From assembly GCF_001949145.1 (NCBI RefSeq), contig NW_019091358.1, positions 1,870,240 through 1,934,239 on the forward strand: 64,000 nt of DNA, written 5' to 3'. Numbering within the stretch: the first letter of the stretch is position 1; each line of letters begins with the position of its first letter. Source of the DNA: Acanthaster planci (Eukaryota). Positions 27,427 through 41,110 of the stretch are shown one piece after another. Under the pieces are notes generated by a model that made no database searches, was not told the origin of the DNA, and saw only the letters and a list, made by a program, of their open reading frames with translations. Made by a program: the position numbers and the translations under genes.

Positions 27427-27614
27427 CTATTCTGTGAATGTTGGATCCAGGGCAACTCTCCAGAAACGCCCCTGAATGGACTCTTGTACGGCAGACTCAA
27501 ACTGGTTCAGGGAGAATGCAGGCCCTACCAGCTGCTCGTAAGGGTACTTGTTGGCCGTACGTGCCAGAAATGCGACAGCCTCATCGAGATGTTGATGACT
27601 GTAATTATGGATAC
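27427..27614 (-). CDS. Zn-dependent MDR alcohol dehydrogenase, exon 7 of 7 (stop)
   Basis: The acceptor TTACAG| is phase 1. The exon reads GIHNYSHQHLDEAVAFLARTANKYPYEQLVGPAFSLNQFESAVQESIQGRFWRVALDPTFTE*. Confidence 0.92.
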
Positions 27615-28049
27615 CTGTAATCCATGAACATGGTGAAGTGGTGAAGTTTGAAAAGTACATATTTACACATATTGGATCTTAGCAAATATCAAACTAATAA
27701 TAAAATAAACAAATAAACCATTGTCATGCATATTCCATCATACTGAAATGATCAATGTTTCATGCACAAGTCTCACACTAAGTTTTATGTAGGTTTTCAA
27801 ATTTGCTGTTGTTTTAGGGCATTTCTCCAATTGGATTAGAGGATATTGATTGTCTTGAAGAGATTACGTCATTATTAAACAACTCAATGCAATAAGGTTG
27901 AGAGTTTTGAGGACTGTACCATTTAGTTACTTGTCACATTGATAAGTCTCCAACATTCTCCAAAAAAGTTCTTAATGCCATGCCAGTCAATTTTTCTTCA
28001 AAGATGAAATGAGTAGTAAGGACCTTTCCCACTAAACAATACAAAGATA

Positions 28050-28900
28050 CACGTACGTACATAATTTCTGGGTGTATGTTTTGGTTTCCTTGAAATTTTT
28101 CCAACTGCACAAGGACGGCTGACCGACTGAAGCAGGTATGCTGTGCTCTTTGGTACTCTCTATTTTACATCCTCAGGCGCACTTGTTTCCTATTTGTGTG
28201 GACTGCACAAATGTTGGAATAGACCTTGTGGGGACCAGACTCCTCTGGGAACACATTTGTGTCCCAAGAACTCGATCTTGACTTTATTAACGATTGCTAA
28301 GATTCTCCTTTTCATCATCATGAGGCTAGTCATGTCTTTACATGGATCCAGTAAGAAGACCATCACAAGAACCAGGATTAATAAAGGGATGCTTTCAACT
28401 GCATTCCTTGTGACTGGAAGATTGGATGGCTTTCTGATGGGTGTGCTTAGACTTGTCCTGAACTCAACAATGGCCCTGACATTCAGGAATCGTAAAATCC
28501 TTATTTCCTTTTTGTTTTTATGTTTTGATAATTTTTACCAACAATGCCTGGTAAAGAGAGATACACATGTGTCCCGCAACTCACAACCCATTCTTGGAAG
28601 AAACCTTCCCTATTAGCCTCTGCAGTGGATGAACCTTGAGGAACCTTTTTTATCTTTCAACGTGTTCAAGAGGCAATCTACATCACATGCATGTGCAATG
28701 CAACAATAAGCTAGGCTTTTTTGACCTCTCCATATCTTCAAGATGTATTTTTTTTCAAGATATATTTTTTTGGGGGGTTGGGGAGAAGTTAATTATACAT
28801 AACAGGTTTTGCCCTTACCCAACGTATATTAACCCTCCTATGCTGAAGTCATTCTTTGGGTCATTTGGGGAACACCTCAAAGAAGTCACTCACAGGAATA
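28050..28900 (-). mobile_element. Possible very old Gypsy-like RT remnant in ADH intron 6
   Basis: Fragments DFFEVFP..IRWVRAKPV and KIEFLGHKCVPRGV resemble the Gypsy pre-RT region and the 'EFLGH.I...G' motif. Heavily disrupted. Confidence 0.3.
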
Positions 28901-28902
28901 TC

Positions 28903-29141
28903 NNNNNNNNNNNNNNNNNNNNNNNNNNNNNNNNNNNNNNNNNNNNNNNNNNNNNNNNNNNNNNNNNNNNNNNNNNNNNNNNNNNNNNNNNNNNNNNNNN
29001 NNNNNNNNNNNNNNNNNNNNNNNNNNNNNNNNNNNNNNNNNNNNNNNNNNNNNNNNNNNNNNNNNNNNNNNNNNNNNNNNNNNNNNNNNNNNNNNNNNNN
29101 NNNNNNNNNNNNNNNNNNNNNNNNNNNNNNNNNNNNNNNNN
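28903..29141. other. Assembly gap (239 N)
   Basis: Run of N; ORFs spanning it are artefacts. Confidence 1.
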
Positions 29142-29315
29142 CTCCATATCTCTTGCAAAAATCCTCCCCAATAGGGGGATTTTGAAGAGTCTCAAAAAGC
29201 ATGGCCAAATGTAAACAAGACCCTCGATGAAACAATTCATCTCCATTTGGAGGAACATATGCTCTGGCTTTACTTTCCAAAACTAAAGAAGGTTGACCCC
29301 TCACTTCCATGTTAC

Positions 29316-29460
29316 CTTTGATCGTCAGGCACTTTCGGATGATGTCCTCTGCTGTAACATTCAGACATGAATCCGGATGCACGAGGCCGGCCAGAATGTA
29401 TGTGCCACCTGGTTTCAGGAGCAGCATTCCCAAATTTATGGCAGCACCCACACCACAAAC
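29316..29460 (-). CDS. Zn-dependent MDR alcohol dehydrogenase, exon 6
   Basis: VCGVGAAINLGMLLLKPGGTYILAGLVHPDSCLNVTAEDIIRKCLTIK(G). The donor is G|GTAAC; the acceptor is an unusual GAG after a pyrimidine-rich tract. Confidence 0.88.
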
Positions 29461-30608
29461 CTCCAAACAAGAAGTAAGAAAACAAACTGGGCTGACTTTG
29501 TTTCTGTGTCTCTTTCTTGATTGAAACAAGGAAAGCTATCACCACAGTTACCAGTCACAATCTTTCAGTAAGTGGTCCATTTTGTTTATTAGAAGCTTGG
29601 TGGGGAGTCCAAAAAATAAACCTGATAATGTATATACATGTACATGTACCAATGCAGTGACAACAGAAGAGTTCAGATGCAAAATCAAAAAATCAATTTT
29701 CAACCTTTTGAGAAAATTGGCTTTAAAAATAGGGAGCACATACTGTAGCTTGGTACACTAGCGGGGACTGCCCATTCCATTGTGTCTCCAGACCTCTATA
29801 AAATTTTAAAGATATTGCTCAACCATGGAGGATATCTATGTCAAATTAGGCTTATGTGTAACAGAAAACTCACTAAACCAAAATTAAAATGATTTTTGCC
29901 ATCTGACCAATTTTTAAAATGACGTTCAGAACCATATTTCCCAGGCTGGATAATTAAAAATGTCCTCATCCATCTAAAAATTGTCATTGAGGGCAGCATG
30001 TGAATCGGCCAGAATTATGGCGTGATATGTGGGAAAAGTTCCGGCGGGGTATTTTACAGTAACCATGCACGATGTTATAGGAAAACATGTCTCATCATGT
30101 CCTCCACAGATAATATCAATGTTGCTGGAAATCGCATTGTTGATGGCATCTGCATCCCTTATCCTTAAATTCGTACTAAAATTGGTTTGGCAAAACCACT
30201 TCAGTGCTGCTGATGTCGTTGACAAGATTATTCTTATCATAGGAGTGAAAAAAACAACGCATCATCAGGGTCGCTGTCAGAAAACACACCGATGCTGCGA
30301 CTGGTAGGCTCAGAGCCCATCATTATTGTACACATGCTGTAAAGCAGCAAACAGTCATTGGTAATCCAACTCCCACATACATCAAACTTTATGGAATGGC
30401 AAAATGAAAATGGTGACTGTTGTTCTTCTTTTTGAGTTGGCCAGAACCTCCAACCGGCTAACGTTTTTTGTATTGAGTTTTAAACACAAAGTTTTGAGAC
30501 TTTGTCTCTGTGATTTATACGGGTATACTCTATATTATAAGATATATGGCAGAAATATGCCATCCATTATTGCACTACATCTTTAATCTAAAAAGAATTA
30601 GGTCAAGT

Positions 30609-30815
30609 AAAAGCTTTGTGGTGGCACCATGCACAGATATCTCATTTGTGAGTATCTGTCGCTCTGCAAAGACCGGAGGGTACTCAATGTTTTGGACAGT
30701 ATGCTCTGTGGTTGGGAGAGTGTCTTGACAACAGACAGAGCGTACTATCCAAAACGTTGAGTACCCTAGAGTTCACAAGAGATATCCCTGCATGGTGCTA
30801 CCGCAAACCTTTTAT
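30609..30815. repeat. Long imperfect palindrome (foldback MITE / hairpin) in ADH intron 5
   Basis: TGTGGTGGCACCATGCACAGATATCTC..AGGGTACTCAATGTTTTGGACAGTATGCTCTGT pairs with ACAGAGCGTACTATCCAAAACGTTGAGTACCCT..GAGATATCCCTGCATGGTGCTACCGCA. Confidence 0.85.
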
Positions 30816-31140
30816 TTAACTTGCTACCTTCACCATGAAAAGTTCCAAAGCTCATCAGAATTGAAGTCAATCAGAAACAATTGTTAAGCAAATAGGTTTT
30901 TACATTGGAATTTATCAGTTTTGAACCTGACATTCAACTGCAATTCAAACAGACATGTGCCTGCAGAAAAGGAGCAGTGTCCAACAAGGAAAGATTTACC
31001 TTCTGCTTCACAACACTGTCACAACAACATGTCACAAAAGCTTCCAGAATTGGCCATTCCAGCAGCAAATTCTAGCCAGAAACAAATAGCAACTAAACCG
31101 ACACCTACAAGATATCTGTTTGGATACCAATGTACTGTAC

Positions 31141-31190
31141 CTCAATCACGGCATCAACTGCACCATCTTGAAGTACTTCACTTTCTTTTC
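31141..31190 (-). CDS. Zn-dependent MDR alcohol dehydrogenase, exon 5 (50-bp exon, absent from the ORF track)
   Basis: TTTGTAG| (G)KESEVLQDGAVDAVIE |GTACAG. Phases 1->0 fit the neighbouring exons, and the exon supplies the conserved 'GVD.V.E' strand. Confidence 0.85.
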
Positions 31191-32086
31191 CTACAAAAAT
31201 AAAACACAGTGAAGTGAAAAAGGGGTCTGATGTAAGTTTCAAAGATTATAGCTTGCATAAATTCTATTACAGTTTATGACAGCTGTAGTACTTCACCATG
31301 TAGAATTTCTTTCAAATACATGCAACACAATAGCAACACAGAGAAGCAAAATATTGAAAATTCTTCTCATAAATACCTACTTTTTTTAGTTACAGGGAAC
31401 AGGGACAAACCACAGAATATATGTTGTACTAATCAGCCATGTCACAGGCCACATTTTTAAGCTGAGTCAAGTTCCATCTTCATTCCACATGGAAAGTACT
31501 TGAATAGCAGGATTCATGTAAATGTACATTGAAGGCAAATGTTCACTTCTAGAAAAAACTTAAAATGTAATATGCACTTATGATGAAATTAAGCCTATTT
31601 ACTCAGAAGAAAGAACCATATGCGGTCAGCAATGTCGTGAACCTCTACAGACAAGATCTACTTTTTTCTGGTATATTTAACTTTTTCTTCGTCTTAATTT
31701 ATGACATACCACTTTTGGCTATCTTTGACTTTAACAATAGGTAATTTGAGTTTTTGTTCATACACGTCCATTATTGTTTCTGAACATACAGTAGAAGCAG
31801 TGGACAAAAGTTCTAAATTTCTTCAGCTCTACATTAAATTAATTTAATTTGTTGAGACTTGTTTCATTTTATTCATTCACTGAAATGTAAAACTGAAGTT
31901 TTATAAAGGTTCATTAGGCTAAACTTGATGCTTGATCTCTCAATGCTTGCTCACACATAAAAAAAAGTGGCAGTAATGTCAGAAAATTGCATGAGTCTGA
32001 ATAATATTAGTTCACACAGGGTTCAGGGAAAGGTTTTTGAAGGAATGTTTAATTTTAGCACTGACAAAAAAAAACAGTGAACTTAC

Positions 32087-32219
32087 CGGATGGAATTGGG
32101 ATCCCTCCAAAGAGTGGGACCATCTTTAACCTGTTAGCCTTGGGATCAGTGCAGTAAATCTGACCAAAGCCAGCATCATGTAACAATGCGCAGGCGTAGA
32201 TTCCCAGCAGTCCAGCACC
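32087..32219 (-). CDS. Zn-dependent MDR alcohol dehydrogenase, exon 4 (Rossmann GxGxxG)
   Basis: AATCAG| GAGLLGIYACALLHDAGFGQIYCTDPKANRLKMVPLFGGIPIPS |GTAAGT. Confidence 0.92.
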
Positions 32220-35200
32220 CTGATTGAAAGAGAAAAGCACATTCATGACTGATATTCGATTCTCATTTATCATTCGTTATTTTCAATTCATAAATGCTTG
32301 GGATAGTTTTTCTATTCCTATTGGCTGAAATGCATCACCTGACTGTGTATTAACATTTGATAATGCCTGTTGAGAAGTGATAATGCCCACTGCGTAATTC
32401 ACACGCTAGTACATGGATACTAGAGAGTCACGAGTCTGTGTGCGTGCAATGCACGCGCACCAAGTTCATTGAAGGGGATTCTATTGGACAACTTTCAAAA
32501 GGAATATAAAAATAGAGGGAGCTGTTCGGGAAAATGAAAGTAAAGTGTAAAACAAAATCGTTGGAAATCCATCATACACTGTATGTTGAATTCTTTTAAC
32601 TCTGTGAGTAAAAAGGTATTGATGAATGGGAATATATACAATGTACGTGCTGAACCGGTCTGAAACGCATGTTTGAAATTGGCCGAGCACATATTTATTC
32701 CTTTAATCTGCAATGAGTGAATATCTGCAGGGACACATGTACAAGTAACAATATTCCCTTTGAATCTGCGTTGTTTCCCTTTGAATCTGCGTTGTTCCAC
32801 ATAGAACCTTGCATATTCATCATTTTATGCTGGTGCTACTCAGAATCAGACTCAAAACAGATTCAACACAACTGTCAATGTGTATTAACTGTACATACAT
32901 GTATCTGTAACCTCACGACATGAACCTCAAAAGGTTCGAGAAATCATTAACATTTTCAGACAAATATTTTTAGATGTATAAATGTACAGTATCCCAACAT
33001 TCAAAGTAACATGCAAGAAAAAGGAGGTAGAGAAATGGCTCACGTACACTATACTGCCAACAGCTGCTTACGAGAACTTTAAGATTTTTAAGAAAAAAAT
33101 TATTTGCTGCATGTTTCACATTCAAGCTACCATTTTTTTGTGATTGGAACAACTTCCAGCAATTTTGCCATCTTACATTCTGAAGGTGCCACAGATTTTC
33201 AAGAAAGATGTACATGTACACACATGTACATGTACTACCCACATTAAAGACGGCAATGGAGTTGGTTTTAAGGCTACATGCACACGTACTCTTTGGGGGG
33301 GGGAGTTAGTGAAGTGCAAGGTTTAATTATCACTTCCTGGACCTGAGGCACATGACAAGACAAAAATCATTTTTCAAGCAAACCCTGTTCTTCTTTTCAT
33401 CAGGCACGTAGGAAGATGATTCTACCAGGGTGTGGGCAGTAAATGAAATCCCTTTGTAGGGAGGCCAATGCATGTGATTGTGAGCGCATAGTGCGAAACC
33501 TGTGTGGTGTGGGGTCGGCAAGTTTTTGTAAGGTTTTGTGCACTGTGGTGCATGATATATAAGCCTCACTGGAAGATTTCTTGAGCAATCGTTTTTTGAA
33601 ATGTCAGCATTTCAAATTCATGTTTGACAGTTTAAAAAAAATAAGTAAATTATTGTAAGATTCGATGTAATAATTAAATTTTCAAAAAATGACATAATGT
33701 ACATGTATCTTAAACTGGTCATTATGAAGGTGATGTTTTGTAAACTTGTAACAGGAAAAGTGTCTCACAGAAGCATAAAACATAACAAAATCAAGAACCC
33801 AAATTTGCCAACGGGAATGGTGGTCACCCTAAAATAAGTATTGGAAATTCTAAACACTCATAAATGGAGTTTTCCTTTTAAGAAAAAAAAAGGAAATTGT
33901 GCACAAACCAGCTGTGATATTAAAGCTTTGCCTTAGATGACATCACAAACTTGACGAAATGCACAAGCTTTAAATTTTTAAGTTTAAACTAGTATGGGGA
34001 TATGTTTCAGTAAAACTTTTATTTACTTGAGGAAACCCCCAAAAGAGAGTGGTCATAGTGAAAACAATCATACTTTGCCTCAACTATCAAAACATTCAAA
34101 GAAAGAAACCTGTAGATATTTCAATTTTTGGATAAGAAGTGATGGCTCTGTCCCATTCACAGATGCTTTATGGATTGATTTTTGGAATAAACTTTGAAGG
34201 TTTTCAAAAAAACACACGTTTATTCGAGGGTGTGTTATTGTGGGATTTATTTCTACGTAGAGACTGTAGCAGAGCCGCAGGAGGGTAGAAATAATAGGAA
34301 GAAATTAAAATATTGTACATGTAGACATGGAGACCAGCTCCATCCAAATCTGTTGTCTAGAGCTAGATCTATGGCTTCGCTCCATAGGAAATACACAGAG
34401 ACACCGAGAAAATACATGTAGACCTAGCCATGAGCTCTGGATGCCTGTTTCAGACATTGACATGGCCTGCGATGCAGTTCCTACATCTGTGCTTTTCATT
34501 ATTAATAATGATTCAGCAGTGATAAAGATACACATTTATGCATTTAGGAATTTGCACATCAGCTCAGAGATTAATGTTAAGTCTACATGTACATGTACGA
34601 TAGACAAAAACACACAATGCCAATGGACCACACTTTTTTTCATTACACACAAGCACATGTACATGTACATTAATTTCAATCAAACATAAATATGGGTGGA
34701 ATAGAAAACTATTATTGTTACAAAGAAGCTGTATTAAAACATGCATGTACATGAGCAAAAGCAACATCTTATGGTTTTAGTAGAGAAATGGAAATAAATA
34801 TATTGACACATCCATACATGAATATAAACATTTATCTGCAAGTTATACTACGGTGAACACTGCAACCAAACAACATTATCTCTGAAAAATGACAGTTGAT
34901 CTGTGTCTTAAAAAATAAACTGCAAAGTCAATGCTACACGTGCATGTGATTTTGTTCATCTATCACACTGTCAGGAACAATGATACATGTACATCTACAT
35001 GTAGGGTCAGTTTTTAAATGCAATCCCACCAATTTGGAGCTCATCAACCAACAAGTTATAACCTGAATTTCTTGTGACTGCAATCTAACCTGACAAGTTC
35101 CCTTTTTTTGTAGCAGTTCCCAATATCAATCAGGAACAGTTTAGTTTTCTTGTGATATTTTTCTTCTTCTTCCATCCTCCCTCATAAGCTTTGTACACTT

Positions 35201-37299
35201 TTTGTTCGCAAGGCCACTTTTGGAAACTAATCTGAATCTGATTACCTTCACTCTTGGAATACATATACATTGTGTAATAACCAAGATGTGCCTCAAAACT
35301 TGTCATCTTGATGACATCACCAGAAGCCACATGGCAGCACCACAGTTGCCATTTTAAAAGTCATCAATACACACCATGTATGAGTATGCATGCATCTCAG
35401 GATAAGTATATGTACCTGCAAGTCTGATAAGGCTGGACATTTGAACATATATACAAACCAAAATGCATTACCAGTAATTATGGCAGGGCATCATGATGAC
35501 ATTACCATGGAATTTCTTTTGAATTATAAGCTCTGAAGGTTTTGGGGATGAAGGTGGCTAATTTCATTTGAATTGTTTTTTCTTTTTTTATTTTTACAAT
35601 TCCTTTTAATGTATCTTGAGAACAAAACAAGTCATTTTCAAAATTCCTTTTGCAAAACCTCAAACTAGATGTGCATGTTTTCTAAAATGTACTGTGATGT
35701 CGTCATGACGCACATGCAATTTTTCAGTTTTTATAAGGGAGCATCCAATTGTCACTAAGCTTGAAGGGTAGGTATTATAAGCATATGTCCCCAAGACGAC
35801 AAGCTTAAAGTGACGTGGAAATGATATTCAAAAATGTAGTAATTTTTTAATATCCCTGTATCACATATTTTTCTTAAATCCATAAAACAAACAATATTAA
35901 TATTCTTTCTGCCATAGATTTAGCATATCATAGACGTTTGCACTCATTCTTAAATGTTGTATTTCATGTGAATGCTTTTCCAAGACTCAAGTAAGAAAGC
36001 ATGCAACCATCCGGAAACTTTGTTGGGAATGACATCACGATGACATTATCTGATTTTGTATGCATCTGCATATAGTATATTCATTTGGCATGTTTGGGGC
36101 TCATTTTCGAGTCATTTTAAGTCATTCAACTTCAAATTTTGCCCAGATGAAACTACATGTTTAAATGCCACCATATTTAGATTTCATTGAGTTACAGACC
36201 ATCATTAATTTTAACCATTTTAGAATAGCTCTGTGGATGTCCAGTTACAACAATTATATCAAATTTTTTGTTTGTTTTGTGTTTTCTGATTTTTTTTTTA
36301 AACATGTTCATGTTGGTCATCTTCTAAGCACACATGCATTTTCGAGCTGAATTTGGAACCTTCATGAATTTACTAAAAATAGTTAAAGCTTGCTCATCAG
36401 ATCCTCTGAACTTATGGTCTCATCTAAACTAAAGACGCAACCCTTCCCAATGTTATATTCCATCATATTCTGAAAATTCATCTAGATATACAATAACATG
36501 TACATTTTTGGAGGGGGGTTGGGGTTGTCACTTACATGTACATGTCGATGGATACACATTTTGAAAAACACTTCAACCAGGTACATGTATCATGTTAGTG
36601 TAGAGACAACAAACATGTCATTTGTAATTCATGCTCATGAGATAAGTGCTACTCTACACTGCAAAGACTGATTTCCTGTCTGATCTGTCAAGAATGGTTT
36701 TGCCAAGATACATGTACATGTACATGACAAATACCGGTAATTCCCATTCCCTGGTTTAAAACCAGTCTGAAGTTGGCAAATAATGTTCCAGGTATCTTTC
36801 CTCTCCTCCCTTTATTAAGCCACTTTTTTTTTCTTCCTAGCATGAGTACCTTTGTATTAGGTAGAAACAGTCAACAAGGAAGGGAGCAATGAGAGGTCAT
36901 TTCCCAATAGCAAATGCAACAAATCTAATTGTACGCTGTACAAATATGTACATGTATCAAGTACAGTACAAGTTTGACATCCCCCATCCCCTTAAATCGT
37001 ATTTACTTGCAAAATGTCTGAAGCACTAGCTGAATTCATCCTCTGTGTGCGTCACTGACACTTGTTTTCAAACCCCAATGCCTGTTATTACATGTAGTTT
37101 TCAGAGCATTTCTGTAGTCAGTTCCCAAGGTCACAGTCAAGGGTTTAAACTTACAAAAGGAATTCTTCTCATAGCTTTATTGTTTAGGCAGAGGAAGCTT
37201 CTCTAATCGATTCAAATGCAGTCTGTATAAAAGCAAACCTTTTATGATCAAAATTTCTTGAAGTGCACATTTCACTCAAATCCTCAAGGACGCTGTCAT

Positions 37300-37900
37300 G
37301 GACATATTTCAAAGGATTTAAAAAAAAAAAACACTATTCCTTTTCAGAAAGAATTTTCACCAACATAACAGGAGCTGCCAGACTAGTGGTTTACTTAGGC
37401 TTGAGTACAGCAACTAAAAGCCAAAGGTTGTGCTCCAAAGAATGCTGAAAATCAACCTTCATCAACTTGTGAAGTAAGACAAACATAGTACAATTTCAAG
37501 ATCTTGACAAATTCCACACCCTAGCTTCTTGATAAGTACACCTCAGTTCATCACGTCTGTGAGAAGCTCATAATGGAAACCCACAGCTGGGAAAGCTGTT
37601 ACAAAACTTTGAAAAATCAAAGCCCAAAATGATGTTTTGCATTGGATTTTACAACATATTAGACAAGTTTTCTCCATACCTCTGACATATTGTATGTACC
37701 TGTACCTTGTTGGCTAACAAGATCTATTTTTTTTATGCCTTTAAGTCCATATCTGCCCCCATGCATTGTCTTTACCAACATTCCTGTTACAGCTCTCCCT
37801 GATCTGAGTCTTCTAACTCTGTTTACAAAGCTATCATTTACAGTACTTTTCGGATACAATGTTGGAAATATTATATGGTCTCAGACACAATAAAACATGA
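37300..37900 (-). mobile_element. Possible ancient RTE-like LINE RT remnant
   Basis: VRRLRSGRAVTGMLVKTMHGG resembles the K.GKA.G...EM.K motif, and FDFSKFCNSFP resembles FVDF.KAFDSVP. Very degenerate. Confidence 0.25.
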
Positions 37901-39052
37901 AATGCTGTCTGTTACAAATTGCTCCAAGAAGTTTCAATGAAGGTTTTTTGTAAAACACAGCAGAACAAGAGTGTGAATGGATATGCTGCATCAGCCTGCC
38001 AAAAGAAAATCTTGCTTTATTCGACTGCTAAAAATACAAGATCTGAGACTTTGAAATGCATGTGAAAATGGACAATACACACATGTTCATGCAAAGAAAT
38101 ATATCTACATGCAGTTCTGTGATTAAACTCGCAGATTTCTTTCTGAAACATGTACATGTAGTTTGGACCACATTGTTGTGTTCAGGTTGTCAAAGTTCAC
38201 AAAGTGCCTCAAGTCACTGGGGGGCGGGGCACTGGCGCCTGGCACTTCTATGTCATTTCCACTAGTTTCAGTGGCAGGGACCAGTGTTTCATGCACGCAT
38301 CTCCATGCATGCTTTTATCACACTCTGCATGCGATGAGTTTCTCCGTGTTTGGAGAACTTATGTAATGCTTACGAACAGCGCTTTATGTGGCTGTGCTGC
38401 ACATAACCTGCATGCTTGCCTGACTATGTTTCCAAAAAGTCACTTTTGATATACAATCTGTGTACATGTACATGTATTATGGGCCAAAGGACAATTACAT
38501 GCCAATTCAATTGCATAGTCATCTGGCAGCAAGCGTAAAGTGCAAAACCACATGTCAATTCACTTAAACAACCTTTAACCCTCCTCTCGGTCATAATTTT
38601 CACGGAAAGTCAAAATTCGATTCGCTGTCCCCTTATACATTTTGTAAACAGACTAGTTACCAACAGTCAAACCACAATTCTGGTTGGTAGCGGTACTATG
38701 ATTGGTCAAATTCCATCAACAGACAAAAGCAGGTACATGTAATTGGTGGACAAGGGGCACAGGCTTATCAATCATTGACAGTCAAAGCACAGCTATACAA
38801 ACATGTACGTGTACATGAAGCAAGTTATATCAGCAGTCACAGCAAGTCAATTATGCTTTATGTAGGCAAGTAACAGTTACATATAAAAAACAGTATATGT
38901 AACTGATTTTCACTGATAGAGCAACTTTGATCAGAATGGATGTTTGCACAGGAAGGTTCATCTATGGGGTTCATACTTTCTGAGCCATTAGTGGCATGCA
39001 TTCACGTGAGCAAATGTTCTTGTGGCCAGAGACTTCGCTTCCCCGAGCTCAC

Positions 39053-39262
39053 CTGAATGAGAACCGTACTCTGTGGGGCCCTTTTGTGCTCGATGCTCCC
39101 AACCGCATTCACCATGGTTGCCAAGGCGCAGTTGACAGGGGCAGCCATCTTGTCGGTGACACTGTCTGGGAGCTTGACGATGCGAGTGCCTTCATGCAGG
39201 ATGATGTGGGAAGCATAGCAGCCGTTGAGGCCTGTCCGCCGGTGTATTGATGAATGGCCATA
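39053..39262 (-). CDS. Zn-dependent MDR alcohol dehydrogenase, exon 3
   Basis: GCATAG| YGHSSIHRRTGLNGCYASHIILHEGTRIVKLPDSVTDKMAAPVNCALATMVNAVGSIEHKRAPQSTVLIQ |GTGAG. 210 nt, phase 0-0. Confidence 0.92.
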
Positions 39263-39733
39263 CTATGCAGAAAACGGAACATTAACACTGGCAAGATGAC
39301 AGGATGCTTTCTAAGTGACTTGTGCTTCCTGTACAATATTTGCACCCAGGCTTGAGAACTGAATAGAGAAGGTATTTTGCTTAACTCAGTCAATTCAGAG
39401 AATCACTTCAGAGTTGACTGATTCAAGCAATACAAGCCAACAAGGCATGTACAACACATGGGAAAAAATGCAGCATACATGTATGGCGTAAGAATTTTAC
39501 TACTTTCAATGAATTTCATACAGATAAAAGCTCCTTGTAATTAAGCTGGCCTGTCCCATGCCATATTTCCTAGTAAAACGAACCATAAATGACTGAGAAT
39601 ATTTCTATCCCCCCGTGCAATATGTAATGTACCAAGTGAACCTTCTAAATCCAGTACAGACCTGCTACATGTACATGTACAAAAAATATGAAAAAAGTTG
39701 CTCTAGATTACTTTGTGTCCACTTTCACTCTAC

Positions 39734-39896
39734 CTTGAACAGCTTGGCACACTTTTGAGTCAGTCCCTGTGTACATCTTTCACATTCACCGCAGCTGTCC
39801 ATCACGGAGAACGTGATGCGGTCACCAGGTCCCAGGTTGCCATGGTTACGTCTCTCATCTTGGACAATTTCTGCTACTCCTTCATGCCCAAGGACG
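39734..39896 (-). CDS. Zn-dependent MDR alcohol dehydrogenase, exon 2 (GHE motif, structural Zn cysteines)
   Basis: TTCCAG| (S)VLGHEGVAEIVQDERRNHGNLGPGDRITFSVMDSCGECERCTQGLTQKCAKLFK |GTAGAG. Confidence 0.93.
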
Positions 39897-41110
39897 CTGG
39901 AAATCAACCCAGAGAAAACCTTTTATAACCAACCGGAAGTAACAACCCCAAGACATGTCCTCAATTGACAACATTTAGCATGTTCGGGGATGAAAATTTC
40001 AAACATGGAACAATTCTGATATGGATGTATAAACAGAATGATTAAAAACATTGAATCCATCATCTTGGAACACATACAGATGTATAAATTAATTCAGACA
40101 GATTATGGCAATAAACAAGTACCTTCCACTTGGTGTTAAACACATGTGTGTACACACGCTTAAGGATTGTTTTTAAGGGCTTTATAACACCTGTCATATT
40201 AAAAATAGAATGTACATGTACAACAAAAGCTTGACAAATGGATACAACTGGCAGAGAACCCATACAATTACATGTACATGTAACTTCCCTGGATGTTAAA
40301 CATGATGTGCTGACCTGCACAACATTAGTCATTTAGTTTTGTTTAATCTAATCAAAGCATGTACATGTGGGATGCTCTTTAACTTCAATGGGTATGCCAT
40401 GAAAAGAATACCCAATCTTCAGTTGTTACGATAGATCCCAAATATCTGTTCCTACATGTACATGAATACCAATTTGCCATCTGTCTGTCTTTTGTGTACT
40501 TACTAACCCTACCCACCTAGGCCCTTTTGCTAGGATACACCCACAATCCATCAAAATCCTCCAACATGTCCAACTGCCCAAAATTGGATACAGCCTCAGT
40601 ACTCCAAAAACCTCTAATATTTCTGCATAATGTTCTGTAGAAGGGTGCCACTGCCTCAATCCTTCAAAATCCTTTGGCAATTCCTCTCACAATGTTGAGC
40701 CAGTGTTAGTGGTATTCTGGAGCAGTATGGAAGATTTCATAGTACTGCACAGTACATGTACACGTAGGCCTATAACGTGGGCAGGAATTTATGCATGGCT
40801 GAACATAAACAACACAAGGTCTAACTTAAACCTTGAGAGATGTACATGTACATGTATCCTTCGCAATCAGCGATGCAAATTTGCCAAGCAGCCTCAATCC
40901 TCCAAAACCACCTGAAGGATGTTGAAGGATTGAGAATGGTTAGGGTTAGCAAATGATGGGTGAAACAGAAGTCATAACAATTAGAGTTACATGTACATGT
41001 ACACACCGTGGAGCCACATGCATAAAAGGGTACGTACAGTAAATGTTTTATGGAGAATGATCTTTGTCTATTCAAGCCAGGGAGGGGAGGGCAGGGAGTT
41101 TGTACATGTA

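Noticed and set aside
28636..29529. Long ORFs of 109-222 aa spanning the gap
   Set aside because: Their length comes from the Ns; only 29316-29460 is real coding sequence (ADH exon 6).
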